This document shows positions 1-12,000 of a stretch of DNA of 64,000 bases, in pieces. The translations under genes were made by a program, and so were the position numbers. Position 1 is the stretch's first letter, and each line of letters starts with the position of its first letter. A model generated the notes under the pieces. That model did no database searches. It was not told the DNA's origin and saw nothing but the letters and a program-made list of their open reading frames with translations. The stretch is taken from positions 20,274,001-20,338,000 of the forward strand of contig NC_083283.1 in assembly GCF_963506605.1 (NCBI RefSeq). The letters are read 5' to 3'. This DNA is from Zootoca vivipara. Taxonomy: Eukaryota.

Positions 1-689
1 CCTATGTTCCCAACACACTATTTATGTCTGTTTTCAGTGATATACTTGAAGTCATCATGGAACTTCAGTGTGCCTTGGTGAGAACGGAACTCAATTAAGG
101 GAAATGAGTATTTCCCGGGGTCCACCACTCACTGAGCGAATTATGTGGCTTAAGTGACTGGGACCAGAAATATTCCGTTCCTGAACAGCTTCAGATTGCT
201 CATCCCCCTCCTTATATGTTGTTTGATGAGATACTGTCATGGGACACAGACCCTCTACAATCGAATGTGTTGTGTTGGTACATTACACACCCACCCACAC
301 CCACACCCACACCCAAATGAATATACTAAGAAGCCCTTGCAAATGAATGAATTACTGCCAGAACAGTATCCGACGATGTGGAATTTTATTCCATCCATAT
401 ACATGCATAGTAACAACATTTGTTGAGAAATTATTTCTATCAGAAGTAGAACATTATCTCTGTGATCACCAGTTGCAGTATTGCTACTTTTATATTTAAA
501 TATATCTTATAAATGAATTAGATTCATACTTGCAGCATTGAGTTAAGGNNNNNNNNNNNNNNNNNNNNNNNNNNNNNNNNNNNNNNNNNNNNNNNNNNNN
601 NNNNNNNNNNNNNNNNNNNNNNNNNNNNNNNNNNNNNNNNNNNNNNNNNNNNNNNNNNNNNNNNNNNNNNNNNNNNNNNNNNNNNNNNN

Positions 690-1391
690 GCATCAGCAAA
701 AGAAAATACAAGTACTATACAGGGGGGGAAATTGCCATCTTCGTTTTAACGGACGTTTCGGGTTAAGAAAGTAGACAGAAACATACTGCTACATACAAAT
801 GCAAAGCCTAGTGACTAAGGTACTGTATCTGCTAAAATATAAAGTGCAAATTGAGCCAAATTCTTCTTTTTAATAAAAAAAATTGAAATTGAAATTTTAA
901 GGCGAACTTTACAGCATAGTTGAAACGTTTTGCAAGTTATATTTTAGCATCTACATATATCTGCAATAGCATATAAGGGGAAAAAATCAGGATACACAGG
1001 TGCTTTTGAAGCTATTTCTAAAATGCTTTTCCGTATAGTTTGTGACTATTTTCTTTAAAATCTACTATACAGTGCAAACCATATGTGCTACACAATAACT
1101 ATACAATAACATTACAAATGACTTTAATATAAAGTTGTTGTCGTTTCTTTTTAAATAAAAAATAAACTACAGCTATGAATACTGCTGGTAAAATAAATTA
1201 ATTGTCTTGAAAATGGCACCAAGAATACACTTTACTAATGGACTGTAATGGAAGTACACCTTTAAAGTCTTTAACTCAGCAATGATGAATTAAAGCCTGA
1301 TTGTCCAGAAGTAATACAAACAGCTCTCTTTCAGACTCGTATGGAACAATATGCTAAAGACAGGTACCAAATTGGGTGGGGCCAAATGCTT
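690..1391 (-). other. ZFPM2: ZFPM2 3' UTR (distal end uncertain; may run into or through the N-run at 549-689)
   Basis: AT-rich, repeat-free sequence directly after the stop codon. Seed matches: miR-200b/c/429 (CAGTATT, 1178-1184), miR-130/301 (TTGCACT, 1071-1077 and 843-849), miR-17 family (GCACTTTA, 840-847) and miR-183 (GTGCCAT, 1213-1219). Confidence 0.8.
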
Positions 1392-3892
1392 TCATTTGAC
1401 GTGTTCTGCTGCATGTGACGAGCAATAAAACTTCTTATGAGTTATAAAGTTTGATAGGTTGTTGAACTGGATGTCACACAGGCGGCAATACTTTCCACTG
1501 GTGGGTGCCTGAGTAGACCCATTCACGCCTTTTGCTATACTAGACAACTGTTCTTCTGCTGCAGGAATGGTTGGAGAGACGTTTTCATTGGCAGCTAAAA
1601 CATTATCAGAGGCCCAAGATGGAGATTTGTGCCCATCTTCATGCTGCTGGGTATTCTGGGAAATGTTCTCCTGCTGAGGGTTTGCCGCAGGCCTTTCCTC
1701 CTGTTTCAGTCCGCCGTTAACTATAACCATGCCTCTGTTTTTTGGCAGCAACGGCAGAGACTCTTTCTTCTGGACTGGGCACCCATTGGAGGGGGTCTGG
1801 CCCTTCAGGGAATCACCTTCTGCGTTTGTACTTTGATCTGCTTCATTGTTGTGAACGGCAAGGGAACTGGAAATGTAATCGCTTGGCTTTATTCCATAAT
1901 ATGGAGAAAGCTGGTCTGCTCCTTTAGCTTTCTTTATTGCTCCTGGATAAAGGCATTGTGGAAGAAACAAATGTTTGTTTTCTTCTTTTGTAGCAATGAG
2001 CTGGGCAGCTTCGCTGAAGACCTTAAGTCCTTGAAGAGTTGCTAAGTGCGTAGAAAACAAGTTTCCGTTGGGAGAAGGCTGTTTCGAGCTCCCGTTTTTC
2101 TCACATTTGATTATGCTCCGTTCGTAACTGACCTCGGGGCTGTTCCGTTCGCTTTCTGGGTTTTGAAACACTTTGCCGTCAAGTTGCCCCATTTCGTTAC
2201 GCTGATGCACAGTGACGGGGCAGAAATTCTGCTTATGCGCCAGGTAATTCTCTACCTTGTTGAAACTGATCTTGCATACTGTGCATTCATGGTAGTCCAG
2301 CAACCTTTTGGGGGAAGCAGATGTCCTATCAGACTGGGACAAGCATTTTTTGCTGAGATCTATAGGCGCGTCCATCTCCAAGCAAGAAACGGTGGTGGAA
2401 TGTGGTGTGTCGCACTTTGAGGCCGGGATGCATTTGTTAATGGACAGCGATGTTTCTAAGTGCTTCGAGACTATGCCTGGAAAGATATCGCAGCGCGGGT
2501 GGTAGCACTCCCCGAGGCCATCTGCCGGCTCTTGAGAAGATGTGCAAGGGTTGGGGAGATTAGCCACTTCAAGAAAACGCTGTTGGACCAGCTGTGGCCT
2601 CTGCTCCTGTTCCGGCAGGCACATCTCATACATCTTCCTTCGCTTGCGTGTGCGCATCGTCCTCTGCATAGCAGGCACTTTGTTGGAAGCAGACCTTTTC
2701 AAGGGAGGATCATGACGTGTGGCGCAATAATACTGCTTGTGGACCATATACGTTTCGTGCCTACTGAAGGTAATATTGCAAGCTTCGCACGTGGTTTTGT
2801 TGGGATCACTTTCTCCTTCAATTAAAGGAGTCGTCGTTGAGCTCTTGCTATCGGAAGGTTTCCCGTTCATTTTCTCATCACTGTTGGCAGCACTAGCCAG
2901 CTTTTTCACCTGTGAGGAGAAGTCCTTTTCATGCCCCTTACTGTTTGGCCCAATCATGTCTAATACAGTGGAGGAGTTGAGGCAGGAAGCCTGAAGGAGC
3001 TGATTCTCTGGATCTGAAGTGTGAGGCGTGCTACTCAAAAGGTTGATAGAATTTTGACCGTTGTTGGGGCTCACAGCCTCCGGCATTTTTTCTGAAACGC
3101 TGCCAAAATCTGGTGACTTTGCCATTTGCTGCCATCGACTGCTGCAGTAATGCTTTTTGTGCACTAAGTAGTTGTCTAGATTGTTGAATGTTATGTTGCA
3201 CTCAAAACAGGTAGCTCCTTTTGGCATGAGCGGACTGTAAATGACAGGGGGGTAATTGTTACTTCCATGCCTCAGCCTTCGGTGGACCAACTCGGACATT
3301 TTGGCTAAGATCTCAGAGGCCTGAGGAACAACGGTGATGTCCTGGGGGAAAGCAAACTGAGAAAGAAAGGGTCCCATTGGAAAAGAAGGACCCAGGTTAG
3401 GCTGGACTGGGGACGAGGCAAGCCTTGGGCTAGATGGCTCAGATTTTATTTTTGTGTAGGAAAAGCTTTGCTTATTTGTGACAGGCTGCGTTTCTGGCCT
3501 CTGATTTGGAAGGAAAAGGGGAGTCTTTTTTTCACATTTGTCGAGCTCGGTGTCAGAACTTGCATCCTTTGTCTGCATTGTCTTTTGGCTTTGGGAGCCG
3601 TCATTCCTGTTCAGCAGATCTGCAGTTGCCTGCAAAGTCTCTTCGTTGCCACTTGGAGAGTGTTCAGTATCACTTTCTCTCTGAAGTTTGTTGCCAGAGA
3701 CATGTAGATCTTGGTGCTGCTGCAGCTCCCTCTGAGTTTGGAAGCCAAAATGGCAGTGTGTGCATCGAAAGGCAGCCTGAGTGAGATGCGAGAACAGGTG
3801 CTGGTGGAAATTAATCACGGAGTCTGCGGTGTAGTTGCATACTGTACATTTCAGGCTAGAACCGGAGGGGAGAAATTCTTCCATTTTTACTC
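1392..3892 (-). CDS. ZFPM2: ZFPM2/FOG2 terminal coding exon (equivalent to human exon 8): zinc fingers 3-8, RKRRK NLS, PIDLS CtBP-binding motif
   Basis: The translation GVKMEEFLP...[31 protein letters not shown] matches the FOG2 C-terminal region as I recall it. It has CCHC FOG-type fingers (CFEC..HKKHYC, CEAC..HKQYYC, CTVC..HKQNFC, CRLC..HKKFYC) and a PIDLS motif. Acceptor tttctcag|GA at 3893/3892 is phase 1; the TGA stop is at 1392-1394. The ORF-track N-terminus (3893-3977) is intronic. Confidence 0.98.
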
Positions 3893-5173
3893 CTGAGAAA
3901 GGGGTAAGAACAAAATAACAAAACCAACAAGTTAATTTGAGTCTTTTGTCCGCCGGAATATATTTAACAGAAAGCAATTACAAATCCTTATAAGCTTACT
4001 TCTGAATTTTATAATGCACACTTCACATTCCCAGGGCAGTTACAAAAGTGCTTGTGTGTGTCTGAGAGAGAGAGATGTGAGAGTCTTAGCGAGTGCTTAC
4101 TAAGCTAGTCATAGCAGGTTACCCATAAGCCCTTTCTGCTAGCCAGGCTGAATAAGGCAGAAGAGCACCCAGATGAGCATTGCTAGGTGGCACTCAGTCG
4201 ATGTCTTTCCTTTGCTGCCATCACAACTACAGGACATTCTTGAAGCTGGACTTTTACCTATATTTGGCCACATTCACACGGAGTTTTCCACTACCTGCAT
4301 TCAGGCTGCATTATTGCCCCAAATAAGATGAACAGGCTGTGTCTTGTGGGAGAAGGCTTGAGAGCAATCATGGCAACCACCCAAGCCATGTCGGCATCAT
4401 GTCAGCTAATTAGGGTTCCAACAGAAGTGTTGGCCATGCCAACAGAAAACTCCCCAAGGACTCTTATGATGAATCCCTTAAATTCCATCAGATACACCCT
4501 GTCACCCAGGGGCTCACAATTCTGATATGTCCACCACCCCAACAGCAGAGAGAAGCAGCAGATGAAAGCCTAAACCAAAGTAGAAAATTACTGGACCACA
4601 GAAATTACCCACGCCCAAATCACCCACATGCTGGTCAGTACAGAACACTATGCGGTGACTGGCCATGTGGCGACATTCTGTGACCATGAGTCACACAGGG
4701 ACAAAGGACATTCAGCGTGGACTTTTAAGACCCTCTCCCCTTCATCCCAGACTCTAAGCCTGGCAGTCTTCAATGCAGGGTCCGACCCCACCTTTATCAG
4801 CCTTATGGGGATAACAGCACGATGCTACGCTTATCTCAATGACAGCACCAGTCCCAGGACTACCATTTAGTTAAGGCTTAAGTTCTGACATTCATATCAC
4901 CTAACAAGCATCCGTCATATCATGAATGGCTTTTGCCTCGTCTGATCTTCCCATTTAGTACAGAAAAAGGTAGGACAGTTGTGATACTTTAATATCTTAA
5001 ACAGAACAAGTGATTACTGCAGCATAAGCCAGTAATCACTGAGTTCAGTGCTTGTGGCTTCACTCTTTTTACAACTTCTCATGGGCATGTTGCTAAAAAG
5101 GGGGGGGGGCGGAGAATTAAGTTTGAAATGTCTTAAGGAAAGCCGACTCCAGTGGAGCAAATATTTCACTTAC

Positions 5174-5398
5174 CACTGTGAGAATTCAGGTGAATTTCCA
5201 GGGCCCTTGCGTTAGAGAAGCTTTTGGTGCACTGTGGAAAAGGGCAGATGCTGGATATCTGCTGGATGCTGTCGTCATTCTCCTCCGAAAGCTGAGCTCC
5301 TTCTCGTTGCCTCCCGCTGCAGTAGTACATGAGGTGAGCCTGCAGATTTCTCTCGCTCCGATACCAAATGCCACAAGATTTGCAGGGGAATATGTCCT
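5174..5398 (-). CDS. ZFPM2: ZFPM2 internal coding exon (exon 7 equivalent, 225 bp): zinc fingers 1-2
   Basis: Acceptor cccttgtag|AG GAC ATA and donor CAC AGT G|gtaagt. Encodes (K)[26 protein letters not shown]...[24 protein letters not shown](G). Phase 1-1, joining both neighbouring exons in frame. Confidence 0.97.
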
Positions 5399-5815
5399 CT
5401 ACAAGGGAGGGGGGGAAACAAACCAGGTGTGAGTAAGCCATAGTTTACTCCTGCCGGCAAGCCTTAGCCCAACAAGTTTAAGCTGCCTGATCTTCTTATT
5501 TTAAAAGTACCCATTTAACAGCAGGGTGGCAGCATAGTGCATGATTAATAAACAACACATAAGAGCTCAAAAGAAACCAGGTGCGAGAAGTAATTCCTCA
5601 CCCTCTCTTTTGTTTTGTTGTAAATTCTGGGTCTGGGCATCAATACGAAATATATACGGCTCACTTATCTAACAATTATCTTTCATGTTCTCTGCAGTTG
5701 GAGTCAAGAAAACAGGTACACAGCCTGTGTGTATTATACATTCATGTATTTTATTTCCCTCTCCCCTGGTAGCCAGATTAGGGAACCATTCAAGTGGAAC
5801 CTCAATCAGAAAATA

Positions 5816-6050
5816 CCCTGTTTCTCATATTTTAAGGCATCCCCATAAAATAAGCCATAGCAGGATTTTTAAGCATTCAAGGAATATAAGCCATACCCCG
5901 AAAATAAGACATAGTGATAGGCGCAGCAGCAATGCCGACCACAGCAGCAGGAGGAGGAAAAAAATAAGACATCCCTTGAAAATAAGCCATAGTGTGTTTT
6001 TTTGAGGAAAAAATAAATATAAGACGTGTCTTATAATATGAGAAACACGG
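5816..6050. mobile_element. Tc1/mariner (Tc2-like) MITE, 235 bp
   Basis: TA on both sides (5814-5815, 6051-6052). TIRs CCCTGTTTCTCATATTTTAAG / CCGTGTTTCTCATATTATAAG, with repeated subterminal AAAATAAG(A/C)CAT boxes. Confidence 0.88.
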
Positions 6051-6600
6051 TATTGTGTAAAAATTTTCCCAAGGAAACAAACAAACAAACAGGTCCATTG
6101 GCTGTGAGAACGGTAGAATTTAGTTGAAGAACTTAATCCTCCATTGATGGGAGGGGGATCAAAGATTAAAAGCAGGAACGTACACATACGCAAACCTAGC
6201 ATGCCAAGGAAAAGGCTAAGCTAAGATCCTTTCACCGATACCTGGCTTTCTAAGCAGAGGGAGTGATTTATTTGGGAGAGCATTCAATCATAAAGCATAC
6301 CTGCCAGCACGATGTGGCCGAAATCCAGGATGCCATCTTCTGGGTCCACACTCCCAGGGGAGTCACGTGACCCACGCAAGATCACAGCCCCCAAAAAGCG
6401 GTTTTGGGGGGCAGTGTGGTGCCCCAAAATGTGAGTTTTTTGGTGCCATGCCCCCCCCCAAAGTGCAGCCTGAAATTGCATGAGATCGTGGCAGTCATTT
6501 TGGCTGCTGTTCTCTCACAAGAAAAAAAAAGGGGGGGATGTCACACTTTCCCCGGGGCAGCTGATTCTGCAGTCTCATCTGCAGAAATACAGCTTAGGAC

Positions 6601-6711
6601 AGAGGTAGCCAAGGTGGTGCCCTCTAGATGTTATTGGACTCTAACTCCCATCATGGTTGAGGCTGATGGGAGTTGGAATCCAGAAACATGGTAGCACGTC
6701 AGCTACCCATG
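6601..6711. mobile_element. Degraded palindromic hAT-type MITE
   Basis: Core ctctagatgttattggactctaactcccatca...tgatgggagttggaatcc is self-complementary and resembles the copy at 59410-59546. Confidence 0.55.
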
Positions 6712-6848
6712 GTCTAGGAACCTGGTAATCTGTTGTTTTTCCTGGCTTGAAAGCCTATGCTGGTGAATTCAGAGAAATCCTAAACCCGACAGATAGGCAT
6801 TGTTAATGTGATGTGGTAAGAATATAGCAATGTTTAAATAATAGTTCA

Positions 6849-7157
<309 letters not shown>

Positions 7158-8138
7158 TTAGGGGAGCTGCATTTTGCTGGGAAATGATGGAAACCCTTTG
7201 CCTTTAAGGCTCTCTTTCTGCTTTTACAGGAGTGTTATGCCATGCTTTGAGGCAGCCATGCTGAAAACATTGCCAGAAGCTGCGCAAGCAATACCACAAA
7301 TGAATGGCAGGCAACACCTCTTTAACTCTTCTGCAATCCATTGTCTCAAACAGCGCTACGCAGTGGACATTCCTAGAAAGTCAGTATAGATATATCTATA
7401 TATATTTGTTTTCATTGGTTGCTATCCAGCCAGACGTTTTGTTCAACTTCCTCTCCATTCCACAAACCATATTGCTATCTGTATACACATGTATTAAGTA
7501 AAATATCCGTGCATTCCAAGGGACTATCCATAAGCAAACAAATAATACCCCAATGCAAAACATGGTTCAGATACCCTCATAAGGTCATTTTTACTGCTTG
7601 CTGGGATTTGCTGCCATCTGCCATCTTCAACTGTGAAACTTTATTTGAATAAATGGCAGGAAGAAAAGAGGTCAAACAGATTACGAGATAAAGCAAGGTA
7701 CTGTAGATCTTAAAAATTGTCTAATCATGGTCTATTGACTAACAATAAAACATTCAAAGCTCACTGATGAGTAGCACAGGGCATGGCCAGTGTTCCAGTG
7801 GTATGGAAAATGCAGCCGATGAATTTTAAAATACCAAATGATTTTTGAGTACAGAAACCTTTTCATTCAGTTGGAAAACCATATTATAAAAATGGTATTC
7901 AAAGGATTATGCAAAGTTCAGATAGTGAGCACCTGTTATATCTCAACTGTGATGCTGATTGAAAGGACAAGGTAGGTCCATCATTTGGGCAGTGAAAAGG
8001 GGGCATCAAAAAACTCAGCTCACTCACCACCAAGACTCCAGGTTCACACCCTCCCCATATCATCTAGCATTACGTCTTGTGCACTAGTTTAATACATCTG
8101 CCTGCAAATTTCCATGCAAACACCAGAATGCCACACAA

Positions 8139-9055
8139 ACTCCATACATTTAAACTTTATTTTCCCTTTTATGAGTCTGTAGATGTTTAGTAATAGCTGG
8201 CCGATCCCTGAAGCTCTTTCCACACTCCATACATTTATATGGTTTCTCCCCTGTGTGAGTTTGCTGATGTCTTCTGCAATCTGCCCTATAAGTGAAGCTC
8301 TTTCCACACTCCATACATTTAAATGGCTTCTCCCCAGTGTGAGTTTGTTGGTGCGAAGTAAGGTGTTCCTTCCGGCTAAAACATTTCCCACATTCCATGC
8401 ATTCAAAAGGCTTCTCTCCTCTGTGAATCTGTTGATGTACCCTCATGTGTGAACGATGACGGAAGCAAAATCCACATTCCACACATTTAAAAGGTTTCTT
8501 CTTTACTTCCAGTGAAACTACAGGTGGCCCTCTAGAGTTCCGACTGTTTTCTCCATCACCAGATCTCTCTGAGGGTCCTGGGAGAGACTGGTCAGAGGTT
8601 GTGGGGAGGGACGCAGGAGACAGATGGACCAAGTCCACTGTCCATCTTCTTCCTCCTTCCATCCTCACTTCCTTTGTAGGGTCAGCCTCTCAAATCCTTC
8701 TGGAGGAGCTCAGATGCTAAAATGAGCTTTGGATTCCGGAAATCCTGATAGCAACAGCAGCAGCAGTAGAAACCCTGGGAAAGTGTGTGGGGGGGAATCT
8801 CCGCCCACGCGTGGGAACCAGGAAGTGGGACGCTAACACCCCTCCCCCAGATGCCTCCATTGGAAGAGGGCCCCCTACGGCGCACCACCTCCTTCCTTGA
8901 AACTTTGCATTCAATTCTGGAGAGGAAGTTTCTCTCACTTTCCCCATTAAAAAGAACTGACTTTCATTCTTCCCTTTCTCCCCGTCTGGAACCTGACCCG
9001 TACCTGGGCTTTTCATCCTGGACTCCCCCCTCTCTTGCAAAGGGGGGGGGAAATC
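8139..9055 (-). pseudogene. Orphan Kruppel-type C2H2 zinc-finger gene fragment (terminal-exon-like): four intact fingers plus a frameshifted, truncated fifth
   Basis: ORF 8150-8668 has four C-x2-C-x12-H-x3-H fingers with RGEKP/TGEKP linkers and CMECGK repeats. ORF 8717-9040 is in the same frame, separated by stops at 8717-8719 and 8690-8692. An acceptor-like tttccccccccctttgcaag ends at 9034. Confidence 0.85.
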
Positions 9056-12000
9056 CTTTATGCATTAATATGCATGCATCATTGCATTGGCTGCCTGACT
9101 GTCCCAATGCCCTCTGAACTTCCTGTTCAGGTATGCCAAAGATGTGTTTCATAAAGCCCCATTCAAACAGTAGAGCTTGGCTTAAAAGGAAAACTTTCTT
9201 CAAAGAGTGAGATATACCATAGCTCTGTGCTGCAAGTGTCACGCGAGAAAGCATTAAAAAGAAAATTAACTATGCAAGTAATGCACTAATGTATTTGAAT
9301 GTGATAGTGAATGCTCATTTATTTAACATGTTTAGACAGGCAGAGCACTTATATTTGTGTTATCTCTGCTCTCAGGCCTAGATACATATCCAGTACAGTT
9401 ATGGGTAAAATAATGTCACATACTTTACATGTTATAAAGCTTTTTCTGTTATAGGTTTTGTATATATAGCAAAAGCTATATGCTGTATTAATTAGGCAAG
9501 AAAAAAGACACACACACACAAACACAACTGGGTACCCAATTTGATAAGTAATATTGCTGTGTTTATCTTTCAGCATAACTGCCTTTTCAACTACACTTCA
9601 TTTTTTCCCCTTCCTCAAAGAGATTACAGTTTTAAAACAACTTGTTGCAAAAATCTGGTGGAAGAGATAACAACAGTGTATGATATGCAACAGCTAAATA
9701 GAAGAATTAGGACATTGTTTTGGAGGAATCTTGGACAATTAATTAATCCAGTCCTATTAGCTTTCAAAGATGAGAAAACAAAACAGCATCGCTCACAATA
9801 TGTTTGAGAGAGGGAAACCAAGGCAGGGCTCCTAGACCACAAAGTGATGCAGAAGTTTCAAAGCAGAAAAAAGTTTTTTTTCACATTCACTGTTCACTAG
9901 GAACGCAGCAGGATTTGGCCACAACCACTGGAACCAAATGTATTATGGCCATTATAATCCAAAGATTTTGTGCACTCTCAAGTACCGAAAGCTACTTTCA
10001 CAGTGGCAATTTATTGCTGGGGGTGGGGGTGGGGAGCCAAATTCTTAGGGAAGACTTGAAAGCAGAAAAAATAATGCAGAATAAGAAAATGCTGACAATT
10101 TAGTTACTTTGAATCATTTTACTGTAATTGCTGAATTATTGTGTTTCTTTCGTGAATACACACAACCCTGAATAAGGGCAAAAACGTGCTCTATGAAGCC
10201 CTGAACATTTACAGCGCGAGTGTTAAGTTTTCAAATGATTTCCCTAAAAAAAGTTATGTTTCCATATTGATGCTAAGGCACACAGCAGTTTATACTGTTG
10301 GTAAAGAATCTCATCAAGTGGTAAAACTCCGGGTCTCAAGAGAAAGGCTATACACCAGTGCTAACACAGGCTGAACGCTCCGTCACAGTGTGAATTTTCA
10401 GTTTATTTTTAATTTTTTGTTTTAATCTAAAAACACACACACACGATAGACAATAGGAGGCACCTGTATACTTCTTTTGTGGTATGTTTTCTTGCCTGGC
10501 TTCTCAATGATGGTCTGTATGGAGCTACAATTTGACATACTGTTCTGGGTGCTTCATATAATCATCGAGGACCTACCTATTACTTGGGTTTGTTTATTTA
10601 TTTATATTAAATTTGTACACTGCCCTATGCCTGCAGATCTCAGGGCAGTCCACAACATAATTCTACCTTTCTTGAGTTAGGATTTTTATTTGGTGCTTTC
10701 CATCTGCCCACCATTTTGTCATTATTTCGAAAACCAGGCATCAGGGCTGGAGTTGGCACCTGAGATCACGCCTCCGGTGCATTTAAACAATCCGAAGCAA
10801 TGAGAAAGGAAGCAGCAACTCTGATTCTTATTCTATAGGTTCTCTCCCTCCCCCCCAACCATACACACTTGTGTCCCTCCTGTATTTTTGCTTTAGTCAT
10901 CAAGTAGGAAATGAGGGTGGGGAAGGAACAGGTGGAACTGAGTTGGGGGGGGAGAAACAGCTGCTGCTTTTATTGCTTCAAAGGGCGTGATCTCGGAGTA
11001 GGCACTGGCAGTCCAAACTCGAGGCAGTAATTAATTCAGTTTGCATCACAGGGAAGTGCTATATTTGGATACCATTCTTCTCTCTTCCTCCCACTTTGTT
11101 TTTTTTTTTTTTACCCCTTTGGTGTTCCACCAGTGCGACTAGCACCTTTTCAGAATAGGTCACTAACGAAATTGAACAACTTTTAAAAAAATCTGTGCAA
11201 AAGGTGGCCCAGACTGCCTGTTTTTTGTAATGTTTATGAGCTGGGCTCTTGTGGAAACAGATCTGGTTCCTAACAGGAAGCTTTTAAATGACCCTCATAA
11301 TTGCTGTCAGAGCTGCAGCAAATTTGGAGTGTAAATTCTGAAAGTAAAGAACAGAGTCACAGTTAAAATTTGATTTTTTAAAAAAATGGAAATTCATGCT
11401 TCTGTTACAAGAATCAGTTGCCTTAAATATCGCTGAATCTTGCCAATGTTTCCACATTCTTTTTTTATTTATGGAATCTGTGCCTGCAGGATGTCATGCA
11501 GACTTTTGCCGATAAACTCTAATTAAGATTAAAACAAGTCCATTGGAAAAGATCCCATCATTTGCAAACATGATAAACGAAAGAAGTACTCCCTACTTGT
11601 CAACCGGAACCATTCAATAGTCTAACAGTTACTAGGCTACAACACTGACAAAGGTTCAATTATATTGTATGGCCCTACCTATAAAGTACTGTATAAGAAA
11701 AATGTATCTCATGTAAAAGCACATAACTTCAGCCCTGCTAGCTGAAATCCATGGCTCCTCACAATGGCAAAAATCAGGTTAATAGCTACACAATGCATTG
11801 CAAAAAACAACAATCTACCAGATGCACTATGACTGATGCATATTTCCTTTTTAAGAACAAGAAAATGCAAGCAAGAAAATGCAAAATAGGAACCTGGCTC
11901 AGCATAATATATATATATGTGGGAAATGGAGGCAGTGAAACCCTTACTCAAGAGATACAGAAATATGCACATTCTGATCCAAAACATATTAGAAAACGAC

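Noticed and set aside
1629-3896. Several plus-strand ORFs overlapping the last ZFPM2 exon
   Set aside because: They are antisense shadows of a long coding exon, with no recognisable domains.
3893-3977. N-terminal extension of the 861-aa ORF (MLSVKYIP...)
   Set aside because: This is intronic read-through upstream of the acceptor at 3893; the real frame comes from exon 7.
8060-8140. CTAG near the ZNF fragment end as a Helitron terminus
   Set aside because: There is no convincing GC-rich subterminal hairpin or matching 5' TC end.
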